Below, one piece after another: positions 1 through 7,458 of a DNA stretch of 12,715 bases. Numbering within the stretch: position 1 is the stretch's first letter; each line of letters begins with the position of its first letter. The position numbers and the translations under genes are program-made. Where the stretch lies: assembly GCA_047631715.1 (NCBI GenBank), contig JBLICC010000024.1, forward strand, positions 1-12,715, in the 5' to 3' direction. This stretch comes from Alteromonas naphthalenivorans (GTDB lineage Bacteria > Babelota > Babeliae > Babelales > CAIQNR01). The notes beneath the pieces are model-generated. The model ran no database searches and was not told where the DNA came from. It saw only the letters and a list, made by a program, of their open reading frames with translations.

Positions 1-1119
1 GTATTCTTTATGGGGAGTTCCCAAGATAATAATATCACTTTGATCTATTAATTGTTGTGATGAAAAAAATTTTTCATCTTGAATATATACATCAGAACAG
101 ATTACTCTATATGATTCCATCTCTAGAATTTTTTTGAGTTTGTAAGAGAGAGATTCTCGCTTATCATCATTGTTTGCTTTGAATGCCATGCCTAAAACTC
201 CAACAGTTTTTGTTTTTAGATCATGTTTTTGTTTAAGTTGTTTAACAATAAAGTTGGGCATTCCCTCGTTCACAAGCATTGCAGAATGGCCTAAAAAAAA
301 TGCATTATCACCAAAAGATGCAAGCTGCATAGTGTCTTTAAACAAGCATGGTCCGGCAGAAAATCCTGCTTTTGCAAAACCTTTGGATCGAGAATAATCA
401 CGTGTAACAGCATCGTAAATGTTATAGAAATCTACGCCATTTTGTTCTGCAATTTGATAAAATTGATTAGCAACTGCAAATTGCATATAGCGCCATGAGT
501 TAATAAAGAGTTTAGCCAGTTCTGCTTCTAAAAAAGATACAGAAAACACTTTGGGTGTAAGTAATAAAAAAAGCTCAGATACTTCGGTAAGTGCTTCTGG
601 AGTGCAAGATGAAACTATTTGAGGAAGGGTATAGAGTTCTTCCATAGCTTTGCCTTGCACAATTCGTTCAGGACAAAATGATATTTTTGTTTTTTTGCCA
701 TTGTTAAGCAAAAGATCTTTTATGCGTTGTGTGGATCCTGGATATACAGTGCTACGTAAAACTATATGTTGATCGTTATCAAGATAGGGTAATAGGACTT
801 CGAAGAATTCTTTAAAAAGTGTAAATTGTGGATTGAGATGTTCATCAACAGGGGTGCCAATAACAACGATTATAAATTTACTTTTTTTTATTACTTCTTT
901 ATCTGTGGTTACCCAAAAAGATTTATTGAGTGTTTTATCGAGAACTTCTTGAGCTCCATCTTCTAAAAATGGCATTTTTGCTTGGGCAATAGTATCAACG
1001 GTTTTTTTATTAATGTCATAGGCGATAACTTTTTTGCCTTCTTTTGCTAATGCAAGACCTAGAGGTAAACCAATATGGCCTCCGCCACCTACAATACAAA
1101 CGTCGAATTCTTTACTCAT
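1..1119 (-). CDS. Nucleotide-sugar dehydrogenase (UDP-glucose/GDP-mannose/UDP-ManNAc dehydrogenase family, WecC-like); 3' end lies beyond the left window edge
   Basis: Not in the ORF track; translated by hand from ATG at 1119, open for 373 codons to position 1: MSKEFDVCIVGGGGHIGLPLG (Rossmann motif), YDIN, IGTPVD, LRSTVYPGST, FCPERIVQG, AELAKLFIN, catalytic Cys in AGPCLFKD, LGMAFKANNDDKRES, TPHKEY. The start overlaps the upstream stop (TAATG). Confidence 0.93.
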   Translation of the reverse strand, partial: MSKEFDVCIVGGGGHIGLPLGLALAKEGKKVIAYDINKKTVDTIAQAKMPFLEDGAQEVLDKTLNKSFWVTTDKEVIKKSKFIIVVIGTPVDEHLNPQFTLFKEFFEVLLPYLDNDQHIVLRSTVYPGSTQRIKDLLLNNGKKTKISFCPERIVQGKAMEELYTLPQIVSSCTPEALTEVSELFLLLTPKVFSVSFLEAELAKLFINSWRYMQFAVANQFYQIAEQNGVDFYNIYDAVTRDYSRSKGFAKAGFSAGPCLFKDTMQLASFGDNAFFLGHSAMLVNEGMPNFIVKQLKQKHDLKTKTVGVLGMAFKANNDDKRESLSYKLKKILEMESYRVICSDVYIQDEKFFSSQQLIDQSDIIILGTPHKEY

Positions 1120-1814
1120 TATTTACTCTCTTTTTTTAATATAATTGTATAGAGCCCACCAAAGGGTACTTTTGTTATATATTTTTCTAAGGGACGAAAA
1201 AAACTTAAGAAATGTGGAAAAAAAGCATAGCTAATAAAATCTGTTTTTCCATAATTGGCAACTAATTTTCTTGCATACCAAGGTTTGAGCATTGTTGCAT
1301 TAACTTCCATGGGATGGTTTCTAAAAATGTACCACGTACCAGGATTAAGAGGATTGAGTTCATAAAAAACAAATACACCGCCGGGCTTTAAAACATTCAT
1401 AAGCTCTTTTATATAATGTTCATGTTCATTAAAATAAATGTGATGAAATACATGTGTTGCAAGCACTACATCATAGGATTGTTTTTTAAGAACAGAAAGA
1501 TTATTGGTAGAAACATGATAATGAATGTCTGGATAGTTTTTTTTAGCAATCTTTATGCTTTCGGGAGAATTATCAACACCATGAATTTCTGATTGAGGAA
1601 ATTGTTTTTTAACTTCATGGGTCATAAGACCATCACCACATCCAAAATCTAATATAGTTTTTGGAGCACCTTTAAAGTATGCCGGCAACCATTCTTTAAG
1701 CTTTTCTGCTTTGAGTTGAGCAAAATAGTGACTATTTTCGCCTGTTAAAAAATAATGTCCTTCAGTTTGGTCACCTCGATAGTTTTTAGCAAACTGATCG
1801 AATTCTGCTTTCAT
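1119..1814 (-). CDS. Class I SAM-dependent methyltransferase, probably associated with surface glycan synthesis
   Basis: Motif I ILDFGCGDG, acidic motif II GVDNS, YDVV..HVFHHI, LKPGG; GGAGA ribosome-binding site upstream; translationally coupled to the dehydrogenase. The substrate is inferred only from context. Confidence 0.9.
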   Translation of the reverse strand: MKAEFDQFAKNYRGDQTEGHYFLTGENSHYFAQLKAEKLKEWLPAYFKGAPKTILDFGCGDGLMTHEVKKQFPQSEIHGVDNSPESIKIAKKNYPDIHYHVSTNNLSVLKKQSYDVVLATHVFHHIYFNEHEHYIKELMNVLKPGGVFVFYELNPLNPGTWYIFRNHPMEVNATMLKPWYARKLVANYGKTDFISYAFFPHFLSFFRPLEKYITKVPFGGLYTIILKKESK

Positions 1815-1834
1815 TACTGTTTCTCCAGACTCTA

Positions 1835-3124
1835 TTAAAGTTGTTGCATACCTTCTTTTTGTAATGTTGGTATGTAATTCTTATTTATAGACTCATAAAT
1901 AGGAAATTGTAAGCACAAATTTTTAACTTCTAAAGTAATTTTTTTAAGTTCTTGTTCATTGTCTTTATCGATAAGTGCTTTATCGATCAATTGCGTTACA
2001 AGTTTAATTTCTGATTCTTTTAGTCCACGACTGGTTAATGCAGGAGTACCGAGGCGAATGCCGCTGGTAACAAAAGGACTTTCAGTATCAAAGGGAATGC
2101 AATTACGGTTTACCACAATGCCAATTTTTTCTAATGTTTCTTCTGCAATTTTACCGGTAATGTTTTTATTTCTTACATCAATAACCATCAGATGGTTTAT
2201 TGTTGATCCAGTAACTACTCGATATCCTAATTCTGTAAAAGTATCAGCCATAGTTTTGGCATTAGCTAAAATTTGTTTTTGATACTCTTTAAAATCTGGT
2301 TCAAGTGCCAATTTAAATGCAACTGCTTTTGCGGCGATATGATGCATGAGTGGGCCACCTTGAATACCTGGCATAATTGCTTTATCAACTTTTGAAGCAA
2401 ATTCTTGTTTGCATAAAATCAATCCACCACGAGGACCGCGTAATGTTTTGTGTGTTGTGCTGGTTACAAAATCCATATGGGGAAAGGGCGATGGATGAAG
2501 TCCTGCAGCAATAGGGCCTGCAATATGTGCAATGTCTCCAAGAGAATAAGCTCCAATAGATTTTGCAATCTGTGCAATACGTTCAAAGTCTATAAATTGT
2601 GAATAAGCAGATGCACCACAAATAATTAGTTTTGGTTTATGTTCTTTGGCAAGACGTTCTATTTCGTCGTAATCAAGTTGTTCTGTTTCTTTATTAACAC
2701 CATAGTTTACAGAGTTATAGAATTTGCCAGAAAAATTTATAGGGTACCCATGGGTTAGATGCCCACCAGCAGCAAGGTTCATACCTAGAATAGTATCGCC
2801 TGGATTAAGCACTGCAAAGTATACGGCCATATTTGCCTGTGAGCCTGAGTGTGGTTGCACATTGGCATGCTCAGCTCCAAATAATTTTTTTACACGATCA
2901 CGAGCTAAATTTTCTGCCATATCAACATGTTCGCATCCACTATAGTATCTGCGAGAAGGGTAGCCTTCGGCATATTTATTGGTCATAACCGAGCCGGTAG
3001 CTTCCATAACGGCAGGCCAGGTATAGTTTTCTGATGCTATCAGATTAAGTGTCTGCTCTGATCGAGTTAATTCTTGATTAATAGCGGCTGAAATTTCGGG
3101 ATCAATATTTTTTAATAAGCTCAT
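1835..3124 (-). CDS. glyA: Serine hydroxymethyltransferase (429 aa)
   Basis: [41 protein letters not shown]-lysine motif [27 protein letters not shown]. Start moved from the TTG at 3184 to the ATG at 3124, which is preceded by AGGAG-aaccc. Confidence 0.98.
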   Translation of the reverse strand: MSLLKNIDPEISAAINQELTRSEQTLNLIASENYTWPAVMEATGSVMTNKYAEGYPSRRYYSGCEHVDMAENLARDRVKKLFGAEHANVQPHSGSQANMAVYFAVLNPGDTILGMNLAAGGHLTHGYPINFSGKFYNSVNYGVNKETEQLDYDEIERLAKEHKPKLIICGASAYSQFIDFERIAQIAKSIGAYSLGDIAHIAGPIAAGLHPSPFPHMDFVTSTTHKTLRGPRGGLILCKQEFASKVDKAIMPGIQGGPLMHHIAAKAVAFKLALEPDFKEYQKQILANAKTMADTFTELGYRVVTGSTINHLMVIDVRNKNITGKIAEETLEKIGIVVNRNCIPFDTESPFVTSGIRLGTPALTSRGLKESEIKLVTQLIDKALIDKDNEQELKKITLEVKNLCLQFPIYESINKNYIPTLQKEGMQQL

Positions 3125-3157
3125 GGGTTCTCCTAGGTAAGATACTATAGTTTTATT

Positions 3158-3184
3158 AGGATACCAGGGTTTTATTTTTAGCAA
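3158..3184 (-). promoter_or_regulatory. Candidate sigma70-type promoter for glyA
   Basis: Minus strand TTGCTA-15 nt-TATCCT with a TGn extended -10. The spacer is short, so this would rely on the extended -10. Confidence 0.35.
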
Positions 3185-3233
3185 AATGGGGTAGAGTTAC
3201 CAGAAGTATTTAAGCTTAAAAGAAAGGAAGAGA

Positions 3234-3416
3234 ATGAAGAAGTTAATAGTAGGATTGTTGTTATTAACAGTTAAAACTACAGTATATGGTTATATCGATC
3301 CAGGAACTGGTAGTTATTTGTTACAATTATTAGCGGCAGGATTAGTTGGTGGGCTTTATGGCATTAAGACCTACTGGAGTACTATAAAGTCTTATTTTAT
3401 TAAGCAATCTAAGTAA
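3234..3416 (+). CDS. Small membrane peptide with signal peptide and YIDPGTGS motif (60 aa)
   Basis: GAAAGGAAG ribosome-binding site; MKK plus hydrophobic core plus V-Y-G cleavage-like site, then YIDPGTGS, a Gly-rich hydrophobic helix and a basic tail; tandem TAATAA stop; 19 bp from the next gene. Confidence 0.85.
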   Translation: MKKLIVGLLLLTVKTTVYGYIDPGTGSYLLQLLAAGLVGGLYGIKTYWSTIKSYFIKQSK

Positions 3417-3435
3417 TAAAGAAAAGAGAGTAGTC

Positions 3436-4791
3436 ATGGAGAGAGTAGCAGCATCGTTTAGAGATCCGGATGGTTTTTTGTATTGGGATAAAGAAAAGCT
3501 TTATCGAAAGATTAATCAATCTTATTTTAAAGATTATGACTTTTTAAAAAAATCAGGTTTATATAAAATATTAATAGATCAAAAATTACTTGTATTACAT
3601 ACAGAAATTTCTCTTGATCATGAGTCTAGGGTAATTGCTCCTGATCTTATTCCTTTTGTTTCATACCCTTATGAATGGTCTTTTAGTCAGTTAAAAGATG
3701 CTGCGCTCCTTACGCTTGATATTCAACTAAAAGCTCTTGAGCATGGCATGTCTCTTAAAGATGCATCGGTTTATAATGTGCAATTTAAAGATGGTAAGCC
3801 AATATTTATAGATACGCTTTCTTTTGAACGATACAAAGAGGGTGAGCCCTGGGTTGCGTATCGACAATTTTGTCAGCATTTCTTAGCGCCATTGGCTCTT
3901 ATGGCATATAAAGATGTACGTTTAAACAGTTTATTTAAGAACTATATTGATGGTGTACCTTTAGATTTAGCGGCTACATTATTGCCGAGTAGTAGTTATT
4001 TGAGTTTGTCTTTATTGCTACATGTTCATTTGCATGCCAGAGCACAAAAAAAATACGAAGATACAACTGAAAAAACTACTTCTAAGAGAACACTTTCTTT
4101 GCATCAAATTAAGGGGCTTGTAGATAGCTTGCGATCTGGTATTGCTGGATGTACTTGGAAAGCTCAAGGAACCGAGTGGGTAGATTACTATCAAGATGAT
4201 AGTTATACAGAAGTAGGCCTTAAGGATAAACAACGATTAGTAGAAGAGTTTTTGCACATTACGCAACCAAAAACAGTTTGGGATCTTGGTGGTAATGATG
4301 GATTCTTTAGTCGATTAGCGGCAAAGATAAGTGGTCATGTAGTATGTTTTGATATTGATCCTGCATGTGTAGAGAATAATTATCTGCAGAGTAAGAAGAA
4401 TAATGAAACTAAAGTTTTTCCATTATTGCTTGATTTAACTAATCCAACGCCTGCTGTTGGTTGGGGCAATGCTGAGCGTCTTACTATTGATAAGCGAGGT
4501 AATCCTGATTGTGTATTGGCTCTGGCATTAGTACATCATTTGGCAATTTCTAATAATGTTCCGCTTGACTATATAGCTTCTTATTTCGCATCTCTGGGGC
4601 AATGGTTGATTATAGAATTTGTTCCTAAATCAGACAAAAAAGTTAAAAAACTTTTAGCTACCCGGGCAGATATTTTTACTCAGTATACACAAGAAGGTTT
4701 TGAACAGGCATTTAATAGTTCTTTTGAGATTCAATCTAAAGAGCAGATTGCCGACTCTGACCGAGTACTTTATTTAATGCGTAGAAAGTAG
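3436..4791 (+). CDS. NoeA-like protein: N-terminal kinase-like domain plus C-terminal class I SAM methyltransferase
   Basis: SFRDP, SYPYEW, LKDASVYNVQF and IFIDTLSF are motifs I recall from the rhizobial NoeA-like family; C-terminal VWDLGGNDG (motif I), FDID, LALALVHHL, IEFVP. Confidence 0.85.
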   Translation: MERVAASFRDPDGFLYWDKEKLYRKINQSYFKDYDFLKKSGLYKILIDQKLLVLHTEISLDHESRVIAPDLIPFVSYPYEWSFSQLKDAALLTLDIQLKALEHGMSLKDASVYNVQFKDGKPIFIDTLSFERYKEGEPWVAYRQFCQHFLAPLALMAYKDVRLNSLFKNYIDGVPLDLAATLLPSSSYLSLSLLLHVHLHARAQKKYEDTTEKTTSKRTLSLHQIKGLVDSLRSGIAGCTWKAQGTEWVDYYQDDSYTEVGLKDKQRLVEEFLHITQPKTVWDLGGNDGFFSRLAAKISGHVVCFDIDPACVENNYLQSKKNNETKVFPLLLDLTNPTPAVGWGNAERLTIDKRGNPDCVLALALVHHLAISNNVPLDYIASYFASLGQWLIIEFVPKSDKKVKKLLATRADIFTQYTQEGFEQAFNSSFEIQSKEQIADSDRVLYLMRRK

Positions 4792-4822
4792 GGGTTTTGT
4801 CCCGAGGGGATATGTTTTGGGT

Positions 4823-4850
4823 TTGCTTTTTGTGCTAGGCTGCTTATACT
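4823..4850 (+). promoter_or_regulatory. Candidate sigma70 promoter of efp-nusB
   Basis: TTGCTT (4823-4828), 16 nt, TATACT (4845-4850); GAGGAG ribosome-binding site at 4883-4888. Confidence 0.55.
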
Positions 4851-4893
4851 GATTGGTACGCGTTTTTCAATTTTTTTGTCCTGAGGAGTATCC

Positions 4894-5454
4894 ATGATTT
4901 CAGCATCTGATTTGCGTAAAGGAAACAAGATTTTGCATCGAGACGAACCACATATTGTGATGGATTTTCATCATAATAAGATGGGTCGAGGCGGAGCAAT
5001 TATTCGAGCTAAGCTTAAAAATTTAATTTCCGGATCAACGTTTGAAGAAACTTTTCGATCAGATCATAAATTTGCTGATCCTCAGCTTGAGCGCAAACAA
5101 ATGCAATATCTTTATGTTGCAGATGATCTTTATAATTTTATGGATCAAGAAACTTTTGATCAAGTATCACTTGATAAAGGTAATTTAGAAGATGTAATGG
5201 GTTATATTAAAGAAGAAGAAATCTATGACATGCTCTATTTTGATGACAAACCAATTGGAGTAACACCGCCATTATTTATGGTTCTTGAGGTTAAAGAAAC
5301 CCCGCCTGGTGTACGTGGAGACACAGCAAAAGGTGGCGCAACTAAGACTGCAACTTTGGAAACTGGAATTAATGTTCAAGTTCCATTGTTTGTAAATGAG
5401 GGTGATAAGATTAAACTTGATACCAGAGATGGTAGCTATATTGAGCGGGCGTAA
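4894..5454 (+). CDS. efp: Elongation factor P, Arg32-type tip loop
   Basis: DLRKG, tip loop HNKMGRGGA, QYLY, FMDQETFDQ, PGVRGDT, ATLETG, VPLFVNEGD, DTRDGSYIER. Confidence 0.98.
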   Translation: MISASDLRKGNKILHRDEPHIVMDFHHNKMGRGGAIIRAKLKNLISGSTFEETFRSDHKFADPQLERKQMQYLYVADDLYNFMDQETFDQVSLDKGNLEDVMGYIKEEEIYDMLYFDDKPIGVTPPLFMVLEVKETPPGVRGDTAKGGATKTATLETGINVQVPLFVNEGDKIKLDTRDGSYIERA

Positions 5455-5466
5455 AGGATTTTTTTC

Positions 5467-5913
5467 ATGAGTAACGTTGCTACTTCTCGTCGTGAAGTTC
5501 GGTCTTTAATTTTTCATCTTTTGTATGCGATGGAATCATTTGATTATACTGTGCCTCTTACAGAGATTATTTATCTTTTTAATCGTGAGTTCGAGACGGA
5601 TATTCCCGAAAAAGGGGAAGTCGAAATGACGGTTCAAGAAATTGTAAATAAGCGAGATTCTTTGGACGAAAAAATTATACCGTTACTTGCAAACTGGCGA
5701 TTAGATCGTTTGGGTTGTAGTACGCGTTTAATTTTACGTCTTGCTATTTGGGAGATGGAATATACTGATACTGCTTCTACCATAGTTATCAATGAAGCCA
5801 TCGAACTTTCTAAAGGTTTTTCAGAAAAAGATGCCTATAAGTTTGTAAATGGAATTCTTGATGAAGCTGCTAAACAACGCGTAGCACTGAATGCTGAATC
5901 TGAAGCTGAGTAA
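5467..5913 (+). CDS. nusB: Transcription antitermination factor NusB
   Basis: SRREVR, NWRLDRL, ILRLAIWEM, VINEAIELSKGF, KFVNGILD; efp-nusB is a common gene order. Confidence 0.96.
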   Translation: MSNVATSRREVRSLIFHLLYAMESFDYTVPLTEIIYLFNREFETDIPEKGEVEMTVQEIVNKRDSLDEKIIPLLANWRLDRLGCSTRLILRLAIWEMEYTDTASTIVINEAIELSKGFSEKDAYKFVNGILDEAAKQRVALNAESEAE

Positions 5914-6640
5914 GTAATTCTAGTTTAATATTAGCTGTTGTTTGAATAGTAATTTTAGGTTGTTTAGAGCCTATTTTTTTAGACTTTATGCAATTGGCCG
6001 CGCTTATCAAAGTAAGTTTTGGAGCTTGTTTTTGTATGAGTTTCTCTAAAAAAGCATAATGAGTGCAGCCCAAAATAAGCGTATCGATGTTACTTTTTAA
6101 TAATAATTTTAAATAGTTCTCTATTGCTTGATCCAAATCTTTTTGTGGTGCTTGGCTTTCTATGAGTGGCACAAAGTCTGGGCATGCTTGCTCAAATATA
6201 AAAAGTTCTGAATTTCGATCAAGAAGCAATTTTTTATGTACGTGTGAATCAATGCTCGTTTGAGTTGCCATAATTCCAATACGGCCTGATTTTGTTTTTT
6301 TTACGGCCATGTCTATGGTTGGCACAAGCATGTCGATGTACGTGACTTGAGGAAAAAGTTTTTTAAGTTGTGTAAGAGTGGTGGCCGACGAAGTATGGCA
6401 TGCAACTACGATTGTATCGATGTTTTGGTTTAAGAAATGTTGAGTAATAGCAGTGGCGCGTTCAAGTAAGAATTCTGGAGTTTTATTGCCGTAGGGCAGG
6501 TATTTTGCATCGGCAAAGTAAACAAGTTCTTTAACTTTTAGATTCAGGCATTGGTTTAGAATCGACAGGCCCCCGATCCCAGAGTCGAAGAATCCGAGTT
6601 TTTGTTTGTTCAGAGATGTCAGTAAGAGTTTTACATCCAT
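5870..6640 (-). CDS. murI: Glutamate racemase
   Basis: GFFDSGIGGLS, D..YLPYGNK, catalytic Cys motifs VACHTSS and LGCTHY, IGIMAT. ATG at 6640 preferred over TTG at 6658; no clear Shine-Dalgarno, so the start is uncertain. Confidence 0.93.
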   Translation of the reverse strand: MDVKLLLTSLNKQKLGFFDSGIGGLSILNQCLNLKVKELVYFADAKYLPYGNKTPEFLLERATAITQHFLNQNIDTIVVACHTSSATTLTQLKKLFPQVTYIDMLVPTIDMAVKKTKSGRIGIMATQTSIDSHVHKKLLLDRNSELFIFEQACPDFVPLIESQAPQKDLDQAIENYLKLLLKSNIDTLILGCTHYAFLEKLIQKQAPKLTLISAANCIKSKKIGSKQPKITIQTTANIKLELLTQLQIQHSVLRVV

Positions 6641-7433
6641 GTTTTTTACTTTCTGCAAAAGCAGTAATAAGGCTGCTGGTAAAATCTTTATCTATTCTTA
6701 GATCTTGTTCACGAGTGCTATCAAGTGTAATTATAGGTTGCTTATTATTAAAAAAATGAATCATATGCGGTTTACTGTTTGGAATAAGATTGTGCATGTT
6801 GGGTATATAACGAGCAATAATTGGATCATGAATACTGTAATGATTAGGGCATGAACCGTTTATTTTAACTTGTAGATTATGAATATGTTGTTCTTCGGGA
6901 AAAACTCTTTTAAAAAGACTTATTACTGGTTGTACAAAATCTGCATAAGAAAAAAAATTATATACTTTTGTGATGTGCGATGATGTTGGGTAATAAGAAT
7001 TAGAAACAGGTACTCCAAGCGCAAAGAGTGTAGAGACCTTTAGGTTACTCTTTCTGATTGTAAGTTCTTGGGCTCCTAAGATACCAACATTGGCTCCGTG
7101 GCTATGACCTATAATATTAATTTTTTCATTGCCAGAGGCTGTAGATTCGATAAAATCTGCAAGTTGTTTGCCTGCATCAATTCTTTTTTCGTGAGAATTA
7201 GATCCGCACCAGTTAAATTCGTGAATAGTTGCGTTGTTTGTACTAGCTAGTAGTTCTTTATGAAATTGATGGGTAGGCTTCCACCATCCTGTTCTGGTTA
7301 TGACTTTTGCGGCTTCTTGTGCAAAGGTGCCGTGAATCAAAATCCACATGCTTTTTCCTTTTCCTTCGATGAATGAACAAAATAAAAGAGAGAGAATAAC
7401 AATAGAGTGTAATAAATATTTGTTCTTTGTCAT
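6531..7433 (-). CDS. Secreted alpha/beta-fold hydrolase (lipase/esterase-like)
   Basis: N-terminal signal-like segment; LIHGTFA oxyanion-hole motif, nucleophile elbow IIGHSHGAN (GxSxG), LGVP, candidate Asp in SYADFVQ and His in PNHYSI; GAGAG upstream of the ATG. Confidence 0.85.
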   Translation of the reverse strand: MTKNKYLLHSIVILSLLFCSFIEGKGKSMWILIHGTFAQEAAKVITRTGWWKPTHQFHKELLASTNNATIHEFNWCGSNSHEKRIDAGKQLADFIESTASGNEKINIIGHSHGANVGILGAQELTIRKSNLKVSTLFALGVPVSNSYYPTSSHITKVYNFFSYADFVQPVISLFKRVFPEEQHIHNLQVKINGSCPNHYSIHDPIIARYIPNMHNLIPNSKPHMIHFFNNKQPIITLDSTREQDLRIDKDFTSSLITAFAESKKHGCKTLTDISEQTKTRILRLWDRGPVDSKPMPESKS

Positions 7434-7458
7434 TGTTATTCTCTCTCTTTTAAATTAT

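Noticed and set aside
170..397. 75-aa plus-strand ORF
   Set aside because: Antisense shadow of the nucleotide-sugar dehydrogenase; TTG start and no recognisable motifs.
293..1544. A8/T8 homopolymer runs in the glycan-related genes as phase-variation tracts
   Set aside because: Such runs occur throughout this AT-rich window and all frames are intact.
1959..2945. Plus-strand ORFs 1959-2282 and 2724-2945
   Set aside because: Antisense shadows within glyA.
3125..3184. 20-aa N-terminal extension of GlyA from the TTG at 3184
   Set aside because: The ATG at 3124 has a good Shine-Dalgarno and matches the normal SHMT N-terminus; the extension covers the likely promoter.
3234..3416. Inovirus prophage, suggested by the coat-like peptide
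   Set aside because: No Zot/pI ATPase, replication initiator or cluster of small phage genes nearby.
4018..4233. 71-aa minus-strand ORF
   Set aside because: Antisense to the NoeA-like gene, with no independent support.
4798..4818. Hairpin TGTCCC-GAG-GGGATA followed by TGTTTT after the NoeA-like gene
   Set aside because: Only 6 bp including a G-U pair, a 3-nt loop and an interrupted U tract; too weak to call a terminator.
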